A stretch of DNA of 38,953 nt from Thermoanaerobaculia bacterium (GCA_046538065.1 JBKHJP010000001.1:1-38953), one strand, 5' to 3'; shown: positions 7,219 to 15,809, numbered from the stretch's first letter. The notes: generated by a model not told the origin, from the letters alone. Made by a program: numbers and translations.

Positions 7219-7871
7219 GCGCCGAGCCCCGAGCCACTCTGCTCCGTGCCACGGAACTCCGGCATGGTGGCATGGCCCCGCGCGTTGATGCCCTCTCGGC
7301 GGAGGACAGCCAGTACGGTGCGCGCCAGGATGCGCAGGTCCAGGCCCGGGCTCACGTGGTCCACGTACCAGACGTCGCGGGCGAACTTCTCTTCCCAGGA
7401 CAGCGCGTTGCGGCCGTGGACCTGAGCCCAGCCCGTGATGCCGGGGCGGACCTCGTGGCGCCGGGCCTGCTCACGGGTGTAGCGGGGGAGGTACTCCATC
7501 AGCAGGGGCCGGGGACCCACCAGGCTCATCTCCCCCCGGACCACGTTCCACAGGGCGGGCAGCTCGTCCAGGCTGGTGCGCCGGAGGAAGCGTCCGAGAG
7601 GGGTCAGCCGCTCGCCGTCCGGCAGCCGCTGGCCCTCCGCGTCGCGGAGGGCCAGCATGGTCCGGAGCTTCAGGAGGGTGAAGGGTTCGCCTTCGAGACC
7701 CGGGCGCACGTGCCGGAAGAGGGTCGGCGGCCCCATGCGTAGCCGCACGAGGGCGGCGAGGGCGAGGCCAAGGGGCAGGACCAGCAACCCCAGGGGAACG
7801 GCGAGCGCGAGGTCAAGAGCGCGTTTGCCCCAGCGCTGGTAGAGGGTCGGGCCGGTTCGGGGTGTGCTCAC
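7215..7871 (-). CDS. Small monotopic phosphoglycosyl transferase (PglC-type bacterial sugar transferase, PF02397)
   Basis: C-terminal 218 codons of ORF 7215..8474(-). Motifs seen: KRALDLALAVPLGLLVLPLGLALAALVRL (re-entrant helix), LFRHVRPGLEGEPFTLLKLRTM, DELPALWNVVRGEMSLVGPRP and GITGWAQV. The start is the GTG at 7871 (VSTPRTGPTLYQRWGKRALD). The P/R/T-rich upstream 200 codons look non-coding. Confidence 0.85.
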   Translation of the reverse strand: MSTPRTGPTLYQRWGKRALDLALAVPLGLLVLPLGLALAALVRLRMGPPTLFRHVRPGLEGEPFTLLKLRTMLALRDAEGQRLPDGERLTPLGRFLRRTSLDELPALWNVVRGEMSLVGPRPLLMEYLPRYTREQARRHEVRPGITGWAQVHGRNALSWEEKFARDVWYVDHVSPGLDLRILARTVLAVLRREGINARGHATMPEFRGTEQSGSGLGA

Positions 7872-8019
7872 GTGGGGGATCCTAGGGCAAAAGGAAGACG
7901 TTGGGAGCGGCTGGTTCCTCCTCCGGTCCGGGTGGTGGAGCGTGGATGGAGGGCAGTATAGTCGGAAGCCTCTGCTGGGGTCACATCCGTCTGTTCCGAG
8001 CCCGGTTCGCGTCCGGCCG

Positions 8020-10080
8020 ATGGCACACGCGTTCGCCGGGGGGAAGGTTCTGCCGAGGATGAGAGCCGAACGAAGCACTGGCGTAACCACCGGAGAGGCC
8101 ACCGGGCTCGCGGGGGGCCGGAAGAGCGGCGCACGGGCCCGATGGGTGGCAGGGACGGCCGGAGCGCTGCTCCTCGCCCTCGCCGGGGTGGTCAACCTCC
8201 ACCTCCTCGGGCTGGCGGAGTGGGTACGCCCGCAGCGGGGGCGCCTCCTCGTGGAGCTCCCCGGCTCGGCGGCGCCGGTGGAGGTTCCCTTCCCCGGAGT
8301 CGGGGCGCCCCTGGTGGCGGCGTGCCTCGCCGGGGTCGCCGTCCTCGCGGCCGGCGGGTGGTTCGTGGTGCGCCGCTCGGTGCTCGTCGGCCGGCTCGGG
8401 CGTGCTCTGCGAGACGGCGACCGGCGCGGGCTCGCCGTCGCCGTGGCCCTCCTGGCCGTGGGCTTCGTCCCCATCGGCCTTCTCCGGAGCCTGGCGGCGA
8501 CGTACGCCTTCTACCTGGCGGCGGTGCCGGGGTTCCTCCTGCTCCTGTACGCGACCTGGCCCGGGCTCCACCGCGTCGTCGACGGCGCCGTCCCCAGGTT
8601 CGAGCGGATCGTCTTCGGCTGCTCCCCGCGCCTGTTCGCCGCGGCCGTGTTCACCCTCACCCTCGGCGTGGCGAGCGGCCTCTCGTGGCTCCTTTTCGAC
8701 TTCACCCCCAGGATCCCCACGGGGATCGCCCACCGGTTCCACGCCGGGATCCTCGCTTCCGGCTCTCTGTACGCCGAGGCCCCGCCTTTGCCGGAGTTCT
8801 TCTACCTGGCGACCGTGGTAACGGACGCGGGGCGCTGGTTTTCCCAGTTCCCGCTGGGGCATACCTCCCTGGTGGCGGCGGCGCTCAAGCTGGGTGCGCC
8901 CTGGATCGTGAATCCGCTGTGCGGCGCCGCCGCCGTGGTGCTGTTCTACCTCCTGGGCAGGGAGCTCTTCGGCGAGCGTACGGGGCGCCTGGCGGCGGTC
9001 TTCGGCGTCCTCTCTCCGTTCCTCGTGTTCCTGTCCGCGGAGTTCTACAACAACGCGAGCAGCCTGGTCTTCTGCACCGCCTTCCTGCTCTTCTTCGCCC
9101 GCCTGGTCCGGCTCGGGAGGGTGGGCGACGGGCTCCTGGCGGGGCTCTTTTTGGGCCTGGTGCTCCACGTGCGTCCGGTCACGGCCGTGGCGGTGTCGTT
9201 GCCGTGCGTCGTCTGGTCTCTGCTGCTCTTGCGACGCTCGCCCCGCCGGTACGCGGCACCCCTGGCGGCTGTCTGCGTCGTCACCCTGGCCCTTGCGGGG
9301 CTGCTCCTCGCTTCCAACTACGGGATCACCGGAGAGCCCCTGACCCTGGGCTACGCCCACGAGAAAGCGATGGTGCAGGACCGGGCCTTCGACCTCTCCA
9401 GGGCCGTCCCGAACACGGTGATCCGGCTCCGGCTCCTGAACCGGTATCTCTTCCAGTGGGCGGTCCCGAGCCTGGTCCCCATCGCCCTGCTCTTCGCCGC
9501 CGGCCGGGCGAGGCGGTGGGACTACCTGCTGCTGAGCCTGGTGCCGTCCGGGCTGTTGCTGTATGCGGCCTGGTACCACCTGGGCCACGAGCTGGGTCCC
9601 CGGTACCTGTACTTCACCCTCGGGACGCTGGCGATCCTCAGCGTCCGGGGCTTCCAGGCCCTGCCGGGCTTCGCGGCGCGGATGCTCGGTGAAGGCTCGC
9701 CCCTGGCGAGGCGGAGCGGTGCGGCGACGGTGGCCGCCGCCTGCTTCCTCTCGGCGGCGCTCCTGACCTGGGTGCCCCTGGCGGAGCTCTACGGGTCGGA
9801 CCGGTGGTGGGGCCTGGACCGCTCCGTCGTCGAGCGGGTGGAGGCGGCCGGCCTCGCCGACGTGCTCGTCTTTGTGCCGGACGGCGTGTACCGGTCGGTG
9901 TTCCTGGACAACGCGGTCCCGGTTCACGAGGGTGACGTCATCTACGCCCGTGACCTGGGGGAGCGGAACGCCGAGCTCATGCAGCGCTTCCCCGACAGGA
10001 GCTACTACCGGATGGAATCGGGGACCCTCATAGAGCTCGAGTCCAGTCCGGTCGATTCCAGTCCAGGAGGGACCCCATGA
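8020..10080 (+). CDS. GT-C-fold membrane glycosyltransferase (PMT_2/ArnT-like, GT39/GT83-like)
   Basis: ORF 7864..10080(+). I count about 14 hydrophobic helices. The core GHTSLVAAALKLGAPWIVNPLCGAAAVVLFYLLGRELFGERTGRLAAVFGVLSPFLVFLSAEFYNNASSL resembles ArnT/PMT-family enzymes. There is a short soluble C-terminus. The start is uncertain: ATG at 8020 or ATG at 8059. Confidence 0.65.
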   Translation: MAHAFAGGKVLPRMRAERSTGVTTGEATGLAGGRKSGARARWVAGTAGALLLALAGVVNLHLLGLAEWVRPQRGRLLVELPGSAAPVEVPFPGVGAPLVAACLAGVAVLAAGGWFVVRRSVLVGRLGRALRDGDRRGLAVAVALLAVGFVPIGLLRSLAATYAFYLAAVPGFLLLLYATWPGLHRVVDGAVPRFERIVFGCSPRLFAAAVFTLTLGVASGLSWLLFDFTPRIPTGIAHRFHAGILASGSLYAEAPPLPEFFYLATVVTDAGRWFSQFPLGHTSLVAAALKLGAPWIVNPLCGAAAVVLFYLLGRELFGERTGRLAAVFGVLSPFLVFLSAEFYNNASSLVFCTAFLLFFARLVRLGRVGDGLLAGLFLGLVLHVRPVTAVAVSLPCVVWSLLLLRRSPRRYAAPLAAVCVVTLALAGLLLASNYGITGEPLTLGYAHEKAMVQDRAFDLSRAVPNTVIRLRLLNRYLFQWAVPSLVPIALLFAAGRARRWDYLLLSLVPSGLLLYAAWYHLGHELGPRYLYFTLGTLAILSVRGFQALPGFAARMLGEGSPLARRSGAATVAAACFLSAALLTWVPLAELYGSDRWWGLDRSVVERVEAAGLADVLVFVPDGVYRSVFLDNAVPVHEGDVIYARDLGERNAELMQRFPDRSYYRMESGTLIELESSPVDSSPGGTP

Positions 10081-11441
10081 AGAGTTTGACCCACTCCTCT
10101 GCCGAGCACAGGGGCGCTCTTGTGTTGATGGCAGTCTTGATCCTCTCCTTGACCGTGAAGCTGACGGTCTGGGCGATCCTCTTGCCTACGCCGGACCGCT
10201 TCGAGAACCTGGATTCCGCGCTCTATGACTCGTCAGCTCGTTCGCTCCTCCACCTGCAGGCCTTCACGCCGTCGCCCGAGCTTCCGGGCGTCGCGGAGAC
10301 CCGGCGCACGCCGGGATATCCCCTGTTCCTGGCGGGTTCGTACGCTCTCTTCGGCGAGCGGTACGCTCCCGTCATCTTCGTACAGGTCTTGATCAGTGTC
10401 GCGACGATCGCCCTGGTCTACTGGCTGGCGCGAAGGCTCTGGGACACGCGCGTGGCGGCTCTGGCCGCGGTGCTCCTGCTTCTCGACATCCCGTCGTTCA
10501 CCTCTTCGTTGAAAATCATGTCGGACACGCTGTTCGTCTTCCTGACCACGGCGTTGCTCGCCGCGGGTGCTGCGGTCATCCTGAGGGACCGAAAGACTCT
10601 CCCGGCAATGGCGGTGGGCGTGCTCCTCACCGTGGCGACGTTCGTTCGCCCCGTCACCTATTACCTGGTCGTGCCCCTCGCGCTGGGGGTGATCCTCATG
10701 GCTGCTACGAAGCGATGGCGATGGCGGACGTCGATAGTCGTCCTGCTGGCGATCGTCGCTCCGTACGTTCTCGGAGTCGGTGTCTGGCAGGTCCGGAACG
10801 GAAAGCTCACGGGGAGCTCCGAGTTCTGCAGCCTCGAAGGCTTCAGTCTCTTGTACTACCGAGGGGCTCCCATCGTGGCCCTTCGAGACGGCATCCGCTT
10901 GAGCGAAGCCCGAGCGAAGCTGGGCCTGGAGCGGGGCCACGCGGAGCACTACCTGGAGACCGGATGGACACCCGAGCTCGATGAAGCCTGGAAACGGGAG
11001 GCCAGAGAGCTCATCTTCGGCCATCCGATCCTGTTCCTGCGCTCCCAGCTGCCCGGTGCCAAGCTCCTCATGCTGGCTCCTGGGGATGGTGACTTGCTGC
11101 GATTGCTGGGGATGCCCGTCCGCGACCCATCGGACGCGGGCAGGTACCTGGAGAGATTCACCACTCCTGGGACCGCGAGCGTTTCGGCGTGGGCCATCTT
11201 CTACCTGGTGGTGGTCTATTCGGGCGTCCTCTGCTGGGTTTGGGCCCGTGCGTCGGACCGCACCGTCACCGCGATCGACCTGTTTTTCTGGGTCGTTTTG
11301 CTGTATCTCGCCGCGGTTTCTGCAGGCCAGGGCGACAGCCGAATCCGTCTTCCGATGATGCCGCTCCTGGTGATGTACTCGGCTCTGGGCCTCAGCCACC
11401 TGTGGTCGAGATTCCAGCTACGTCGAGGGGCGTCGAGCTGA
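10077..11441 (+). CDS. GT-C-fold membrane glycosyltransferase (ArnT/PMT_2-like)
   Basis: ORF 10077..11441(+). The ATG overlaps the upstream TGA (ATGA at 10077-10080). TM1 is followed by FENLDSALYDSSA, and then RRTPGYPLFLAGSYALFGERYAPVIFVQVLISVATIALVYWLARRLW, which is an ArnT-like pattern. There are multiple further TM helices. Confidence 0.65.
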   Translation: MKSLTHSSAEHRGALVLMAVLILSLTVKLTVWAILLPTPDRFENLDSALYDSSARSLLHLQAFTPSPELPGVAETRRTPGYPLFLAGSYALFGERYAPVIFVQVLISVATIALVYWLARRLWDTRVAALAAVLLLLDIPSFTSSLKIMSDTLFVFLTTALLAAGAAVILRDRKTLPAMAVGVLLTVATFVRPVTYYLVVPLALGVILMAATKRWRWRTSIVVLLAIVAPYVLGVGVWQVRNGKLTGSSEFCSLEGFSLLYYRGAPIVALRDGIRLSEARAKLGLERGHAEHYLETGWTPELDEAWKREARELIFGHPILFLRSQLPGAKLLMLAPGDGDLLRLLGMPVRDPSDAGRYLERFTTPGTASVSAWAIFYLVVVYSGVLCWVWARASDRTVTAIDLFFWVVLLYLAAVSAGQGDSRIRLPMMPLLVMYSALGLSHLWSRFQLRRGASS

Positions 11442-11643
11442 TTCCGGGTCCCGATTGTTCATCGATGACCGCTGGCCCAGCAGCTTTTCGGATCGCTCGC
11501 TCCCAGGCGCGCCCTTGGGGGCCACTCCCTATGAAACCCTCCGGACTTCCTTCGCCAGTCCCTCCGGTAGGCGCCTGCTTGAGCCGTGCTACTGTCGAAG
11601 GCGGAGAAAGCAATCACCAATCCCTCCAACCAGGGAGAGGTGC

Positions 11644-11859
11644 ATGGCCGACCGGTCGAAGGAATCGGACTTCCGTTTCGGGATGGTCGTGAGGTGGGCC
11701 CCAGCATTCATCCTGGTGCTGACCCTCGTTCTGCTCGTCTCGGACTACCTATTGGTGGGCAGTCTGCTGGCCTTGGGCCATCATCTTCTGGTTCATCGTG
11801 CGACGGCGCAAGCAGTCGGCGGTGGGGGCAACACTGTGAATCGTTCGAGACGGACGTGA
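11644..11859 (+). CDS. Small hydrophobic protein (71 aa), function unknown
   Basis: In-frame part of ORF 11455..11859(+). The ATG at 11644 is preceded by GGGAGAGG 3 nt upstream. The product is MADRSKESDFRFGMVVRWAPAFILVLTLVLLVSDYLLVGSLLALGHHLLVHR..., giving 1-2 TM segments. Its TGA overlaps the GTG of the next gene (GTGA at 11856-11859). Confidence 0.4.
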   Translation: MADRSKESDFRFGMVVRWAPAFILVLTLVLLVSDYLLVGSLLALGHHLLVHRATAQAVGGGGNTVNRSRRT

Positions 11860-13487
11860 CCCCAAGCACGGGCAAGATTACCTCGGCAGATTCTCACAGG
11901 CTCCCTTCGGTCTGGTCGTTTGTGCTGTGGCGTCTTCGTCAACTCGGCCGATGTCGAGGACGGGCCGTCCTCCTGATGGGCGCCGTAGGGTTTCTGGGGA
12001 GTGCAGCGTTCGGTCTGGCTCGGGGCGGCCCGCTTCCGGCTATCCATGACGAGTTCTCGTATCTCCTGGGTGCGGACACTTTCGCCGAGGGACGCCTGAC
12101 CAACCCGACACATCCCCACTGGAAGCACTTCGAAACCTTTCATGTCATCCATCAACCCACCTATCAATCCAAATACCCTCCAGCTCAAGCCCTGCTCCTG
12201 GCGACGGGAAAGCGGATCGGAGGCCGTGCGGCACTCGGGCTTTGGTTGGGAGCCGGCGCCCTGGCAGCCGCGCTGACCTGGGCGTTGCTGACCTGGCTCC
12301 CCTCCCACTGGGGTCTGCTCGCAGGAGTGCTTGGTACCCTTCAGCTAACGTGGTTCACGTACTGGAGCCAAAGCTATTGGGGCGGGACGGTGGCCGCGCT
12401 GGGCGGAGCCTTGGCGTTCGGCTCCCTGCGGTCCCTTTGGAGGCATCCGGATCTAACAATGGGGCTGATCCTTGGAACGGGCCTGGCGGTTCTGGCAGCG
12501 AGTCGCCCCTTTGAAGGGGCCTTGGTCGGCACGCTGATCGCCGGGGCTCTGATCTTCCGCCTGCTCCAGGGACCCAAGCCGCATCGACGCGCGATATTGG
12601 TGCGCGGCCTTTTCCCCGCGGCCGTCGTGGTCGGAGCGAGCTTGGGGGCCCAAGGCGTGTACAACCATGCCGTTACCGGATCGCCGGTAGCCATGCCGTA
12701 CCAGGTTGCCCAAGAGCAGTATGCGGCGGCCCCCGCCTTCCTGTTTCAAGCTCCAGGCCCCGCTCCCAGCTACCGACACGCCGTCATGGAGGAGTTCTGG
12801 ATGCAGTGGGCCAGAGAGAGCCATGAGCGAAACAGGGAGCTACAGGTGATCCTGACCAGGGTCCCGGCCAAGATCCGCAAGCTGGCTCTGTTCTTTCTGG
12901 GTCCAGGCGTGCTCGCCCTGGTGGGGCTCGGTCGAGCCCCGGACCGCCGATGGGTTGCCTACGCGGGGGTTGGCGTTCTGCTGGTGGTGGCGGCGGCGCT
13001 TCTCACGAGAGCCACGTTCGCCCATTACGTTGCACCCGTGACTGTGCTGTTCTACGTCTTGCTGGGTGCCGGCATGAGGGGTCTGCACCGCCGAGCCAGA
13101 ACAGGAAAGCGGGTGAGCTTGGCATTCGTCGTCGTAGGGGCCTTCGCCCTGACTCTTCCGATCAATGCTGGTAAGTTCCTTTCGTCGGACCGCCCTCCGT
13201 TCGCAGTCGAACGTGCCAGTCTGTTGGCCGACCTGGAAGCGATGCCCGGCGATCACCTGGTGTTCGTCGAATACGGGCCTAACCATAATGTTCATCAGGA
13301 ATGGGTTTTCAACCGTGCCGATATCGACGCATCTGGGGTAGTCTGGGCACGTACCATCGACTCCAGTCGGGATCGAGAACTGATCGAGTACTTCTCCGGT
13401 CGCGTCGTGTGGAATCTGAAGGTGGACGGACGGGACCCGGTCCTGGAACCGCATCCTTTGGTCCAACGCGGAAGGAGTCGGCCTTAG
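11856..13487 (+). CDS. Polytopic membrane protein with a GT-C-like DE..Y motif and a C-terminal soluble domain
   Basis: In-frame part of ORF 11586..13487(+). One TM (AVLLMGAVGFLGSAAFGLA) is followed by IHDEFSYLLGADTFAEGRLTNPTHPHWKHFETFHVIHQPTYQSKYPPAQALLLA. There are many further helices. The C-terminus reads HLVFVEYGPNHNVHQEWVFNRADIDASGVVWARTIDSSRDRELIEYFSGRVVW. The GTG start at 11856 was chosen for its overlap with the upstream stop, so the start is uncertain. Confidence 0.6.
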   Translation: MTPSTGKITSADSHRLPSVWSFVLWRLRQLGRCRGRAVLLMGAVGFLGSAAFGLARGGPLPAIHDEFSYLLGADTFAEGRLTNPTHPHWKHFETFHVIHQPTYQSKYPPAQALLLATGKRIGGRAALGLWLGAGALAAALTWALLTWLPSHWGLLAGVLGTLQLTWFTYWSQSYWGGTVAALGGALAFGSLRSLWRHPDLTMGLILGTGLAVLAASRPFEGALVGTLIAGALIFRLLQGPKPHRRAILVRGLFPAAVVVGASLGAQGVYNHAVTGSPVAMPYQVAQEQYAAAPAFLFQAPGPAPSYRHAVMEEFWMQWARESHERNRELQVILTRVPAKIRKLALFFLGPGVLALVGLGRAPDRRWVAYAGVGVLLVVAAALLTRATFAHYVAPVTVLFYVLLGAGMRGLHRRARTGKRVSLAFVVVGAFALTLPINAGKFLSSDRPPFAVERASLLADLEAMPGDHLVFVEYGPNHNVHQEWVFNRADIDASGVVWARTIDSSRDRELIEYFSGRVVWNLKVDGRDPVLEPHPLVQRGRSRP

Positions 13488-13518
13488 ACGGGCGGAACCG
13501 CACTACTGGGAGGATTCG

Positions 13519-14496
13519 ATGAGCACGAGGGCGGAGGAAAAGCTCCATGGACCACACTCTCCTGACGACCGGGCGACCGACTCGAGGAGCGGAACCGTGC
13601 GTCTTGTGGTGGTGGTACCCGCGTTCAACGAAGCCAAGAGTATCGAGGAGACGATCCGGGGTTTACACGCCGTTCAACCGCGTCTTGCCGAGATCGGGGT
13701 GGAGTTGAGCGTCTACGTCATCGATGATGGCTCCACCGATGCTACCGGAGTTTTGGCTCGCCGCGCAGGTGTTGACAGGGTTCTGAGGCATCGAGCCAAT
13801 CAGGGCTTGGGTGCGGCGGTCCGGACAGGGTTGAGGGCGGCTCGCGAGGAAGGGTTCGATCTTCTGGTCAAAATCGATGCGGATCTACAGCATCGGCCGG
13901 AAGAGATCGTCGATCTCGTGAGCCCGATCCTCGAAGACCAGGCCGACATCGTCTATGGGAACCGCATGGAAGGAATCCAGTACCCGATGCCCTTTCTTCG
14001 ACGGGTAGGGAATCTCGTGTTCAGCTGGCTCATGAGATGGTTGACCCAGTGGCCTTTGAAGGATAGCCAGCCCGGCATCTTTGCGGTAAGTCGGGAATAT
14101 TTAAGAGTATTTAATATCCCCGGCGATTATAACTACACGCAACAGGTTCTCCTGGATGCGTACCATAAACACATGAGATTTGAGCACGTGCCGGTCACCT
14201 TCCATGAGCGGGTTTCAGGCCGCTCGTTCGTGTCATTGAAGTACCCGCTGAAGGTACTGCCTCAGATCCTATTGGTCATCGTGTCGATCAAGCCACTGAG
14301 AATTTTTGTCCCGATCGGACTGGCATTCGTCCTCTTGGGCTGTGGTGTGTTTTCTGTGCAGCTTGTGTGGTGGTGGCTGGGTCATACGAGCCGGCCGGTT
14401 GAAAACGTGAACCTTGTTCTCGGCTCGGGTCTTTTCGGTGTTCAAACGGTATTCTTCGGGATCCTGGCGGAGCTCGTTGTCCAGGCACGGAGGTGA
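13519..14496 (+). CDS. GT2 polyprenyl-phosphate glycosyltransferase (Dpm1/GtrB/ArnC-like)
   Basis: ORF 13519..14496(+), with GGGAGG 6 nt upstream of the ATG. Motifs seen: VVVVPAFNEAKSIEETI, YVIDDGSTDAT, KIDADLQH and QPGIFAVSRE. Two C-terminal TM helices (PLRIFVPIGLAFVLLGCGVF, LVLGSGLFGVQTVFFGILAELVV) match the lipid-monosaccharide synthase architecture. This is the lowest-GC gene in the window (43-52% in two hand-counted lines). Confidence 0.85.
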   Translation: MSTRAEEKLHGPHSPDDRATDSRSGTVRLVVVVPAFNEAKSIEETIRGLHAVQPRLAEIGVELSVYVIDDGSTDATGVLARRAGVDRVLRHRANQGLGAAVRTGLRAAREEGFDLLVKIDADLQHRPEEIVDLVSPILEDQADIVYGNRMEGIQYPMPFLRRVGNLVFSWLMRWLTQWPLKDSQPGIFAVSREYLRVFNIPGDYNYTQQVLLDAYHKHMRFEHVPVTFHERVSGRSFVSLKYPLKVLPQILLVIVSIKPLRIFVPIGLAFVLLGCGVFSVQLVWWWLGHTSRPVENVNLVLGSGLFGVQTVFFGILAELVVQARR

Positions 14497-14513
14497 AGTG
14501 TCCACCGCGAAGC

Positions 14514-14548
14514 AAGGAGATGACCTAAAACGGCGTTGTCTCCTTTTT
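14514..14548 (+). terminator. Possible intrinsic terminator or attenuator hairpin after the GT2 gene
   Basis: AAGGAGA (14514-14520) pairs with TCTCCTT (14539-14545) and is followed by a T-run (TTTTT, 14544-14548). The loop is 18 nt and the stem is only 7 bp, so this is weak. Confidence 0.3.
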
Positions 14549-14628
14549 CCGAGGTCTTGGCGTCGCTTGGAGCGCGTGTGAATCCGGGACCTCGGCTCAC
14601 CGCTCAGAACTGGCATGAGTCAACAGGC

Positions 14629-15417
14629 ATGACGACTTCTTCTGATGACCGCGCCCGCCGAGATCGGGAACTCTTCAATGCGGTTGCTGAAGATTATGCT
14701 CGGAAGGACCTTGACCCGACCTCACGTGTCGCTCGCAAGCAGCGACTGAAGAGCACGCTGGCGGCCGTACCTTCTGATGGTGAAAACACGTACTCCAAGG
14801 TCGCCGAAGTTGGGTGCGGCGCAGGCTTCGCCGCCGAGTACTTGGAAGGCTGCTACGATGAGTTTTTGGGAGTGGATTACTCCTCGGAGCTGATCGCCTT
14901 GGCGCGGCGTCGCTATGCGGACCGCCCTGACGTTCGTTTTGTAGTTGCCGACCTCCTTTCCTGGGAACCTGAACAGCATTTTGACATGATATTTGCTATC
15001 GGCGTCCTGCACCATCTGGCTGATATCGAACTGGCTCTCTCCCGAGTTCGTATGGCAGTCCGCCCCGGCGGGTGGCTTGTTGTGAACGAGCCGCAACCAG
15101 GAAATCTCCTGATCAGGCAGGCCCGGAAGGTGCGAAAGCGAATGGATCCGGGCTATTCAGCAGATCAGGTAGAGCTGGACGGTAAAGAGCTTGAAATGAT
15201 GTTCACCCGAGCGGGCTTCACCGACGTGGCGTCGGCTGCGCAAGGATTTCTGGCGACACCATTTGCTGAGGTCGTTCTTCCGCTGGGTCCCTTCGGCCCG
15301 GTCCTATCCAACCTTGCCTGCCGTGTCGACTGGCTCCTCGAACGCACTATCGGACGTTTCGCTCAGCGGTTGGCGTGGAACGTTGTCGTCGTCGGCCGGC
15401 GGAGCAGGTCGGGGTGA
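14629..15417 (+). CDS. Class I SAM-dependent methyltransferase
   Basis: In-frame part of ORF 14536..15417(+), whose listed start is a TTG. The ATG at 14629 (MTTSSDDRARRD) is preferred. Motif I is VAEVGCGAGFAAEYL. Also present are FDMIFAIGVLHHL and VRPGGWLVVNEP. Confidence 0.75.
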   Translation: MTTSSDDRARRDRELFNAVAEDYARKDLDPTSRVARKQRLKSTLAAVPSDGENTYSKVAEVGCGAGFAAEYLEGCYDEFLGVDYSSELIALARRRYADRPDVRFVVADLLSWEPEQHFDMIFAIGVLHHLADIELALSRVRMAVRPGGWLVVNEPQPGNLLIRQARKVRKRMDPGYSADQVELDGKELEMMFTRAGFTDVASAAQGFLATPFAEVVLPLGPFGPVLSNLACRVDWLLERTIGRFAQRLAWNVVVVGRRSRSG

Positions 15418-15809
15418 GCACGCCACCTTCAGGTCAGCTTGGGCACGAACTGGTGGGGTTCGGAGGGCTAAGTGTACTGAGCTCTGTGTTGAACGTCGGC
15501 TTGACAGTTGCGCTCGTTGAGATCTGGTCGGTTGGACCGGAGGTGGCATTCGCGGTTGGTTTGCTTACGGTTCTGCTGACGAGCTTTGTTATAATGCGCT
15601 TCGTCATATTCAAATCTCGAAGGGTGTCTGTTTTGAGGCAACTCGGACTTTACATACCTTCTGCCATCGGCTTCAGAGCGACGGAGTATGTGCTCTTCAT
15701 CGTCGTTCACACGCTGTTAGGGACGCCGTACCAGGTTGCTGTGGTCGGAATCCTCCTGCTCTCGGCCGCCGGCAAGTTCTTTTTCTACCGACACCTCGTG
15801 TTCCGGTGA
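15414..15809 (+). CDS. GtrA-family membrane protein (putative polyprenyl-phosphate-sugar translocation component)
   Basis: In-frame part of ORF 15375..15809(+). The GTG at 15414 overlaps the upstream TGA (GTGA at 15414-15417). It has four hydrophobic helices: GFGGLSVLSSVLNVGLTVALV, FAVGLLTVLLTSFVIMRFVIF, a segment containing YIPSAIGFRATEYVLFIVV, and AVVGILLLSAAGKFFFYRHLVF. Size and pattern match PF04138. Confidence 0.75.
   Translation: MSTPPSGQLGHELVGFGGLSVLSSVLNVGLTVALVEIWSVGPEVAFAVGLLTVLLTSFVIMRFVIFKSRRVSVLRQLGLYIPSAIGFRATEYVLFIVVHTLLGTPYQVAVVGILLLSAAGKFFFYRHLVFR

Noticed and set aside
9805-9819. A WWGLD sequence sits right after the last TM helix of the GT-C protein 8020..10080. It is reminiscent of the WWDxG motif of PglB/STT3 oligosaccharyltransferases, which is tempting given the diNAcBac-type genes.
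   Set aside because: The motif order is wrong, because the Asp is displaced. The soluble C-terminal domain is only about 95 aa, against about 250 aa in PglB. The membrane core looks ArnT/PMT-like. Structure prediction is worthwhile, but an OST call is not supportable from sequence alone.
4817-9927. ORFs 4817..6016(-), 5290..6423(+), 7981..9927(-, 648 aa) and 8142..9692(+, 516 aa).
   Set aside because: These are shadow frames of the two GT-C-like membrane genes. They have extreme R/P/G/E composition, no hydrophobic helices and no recognisable domains.
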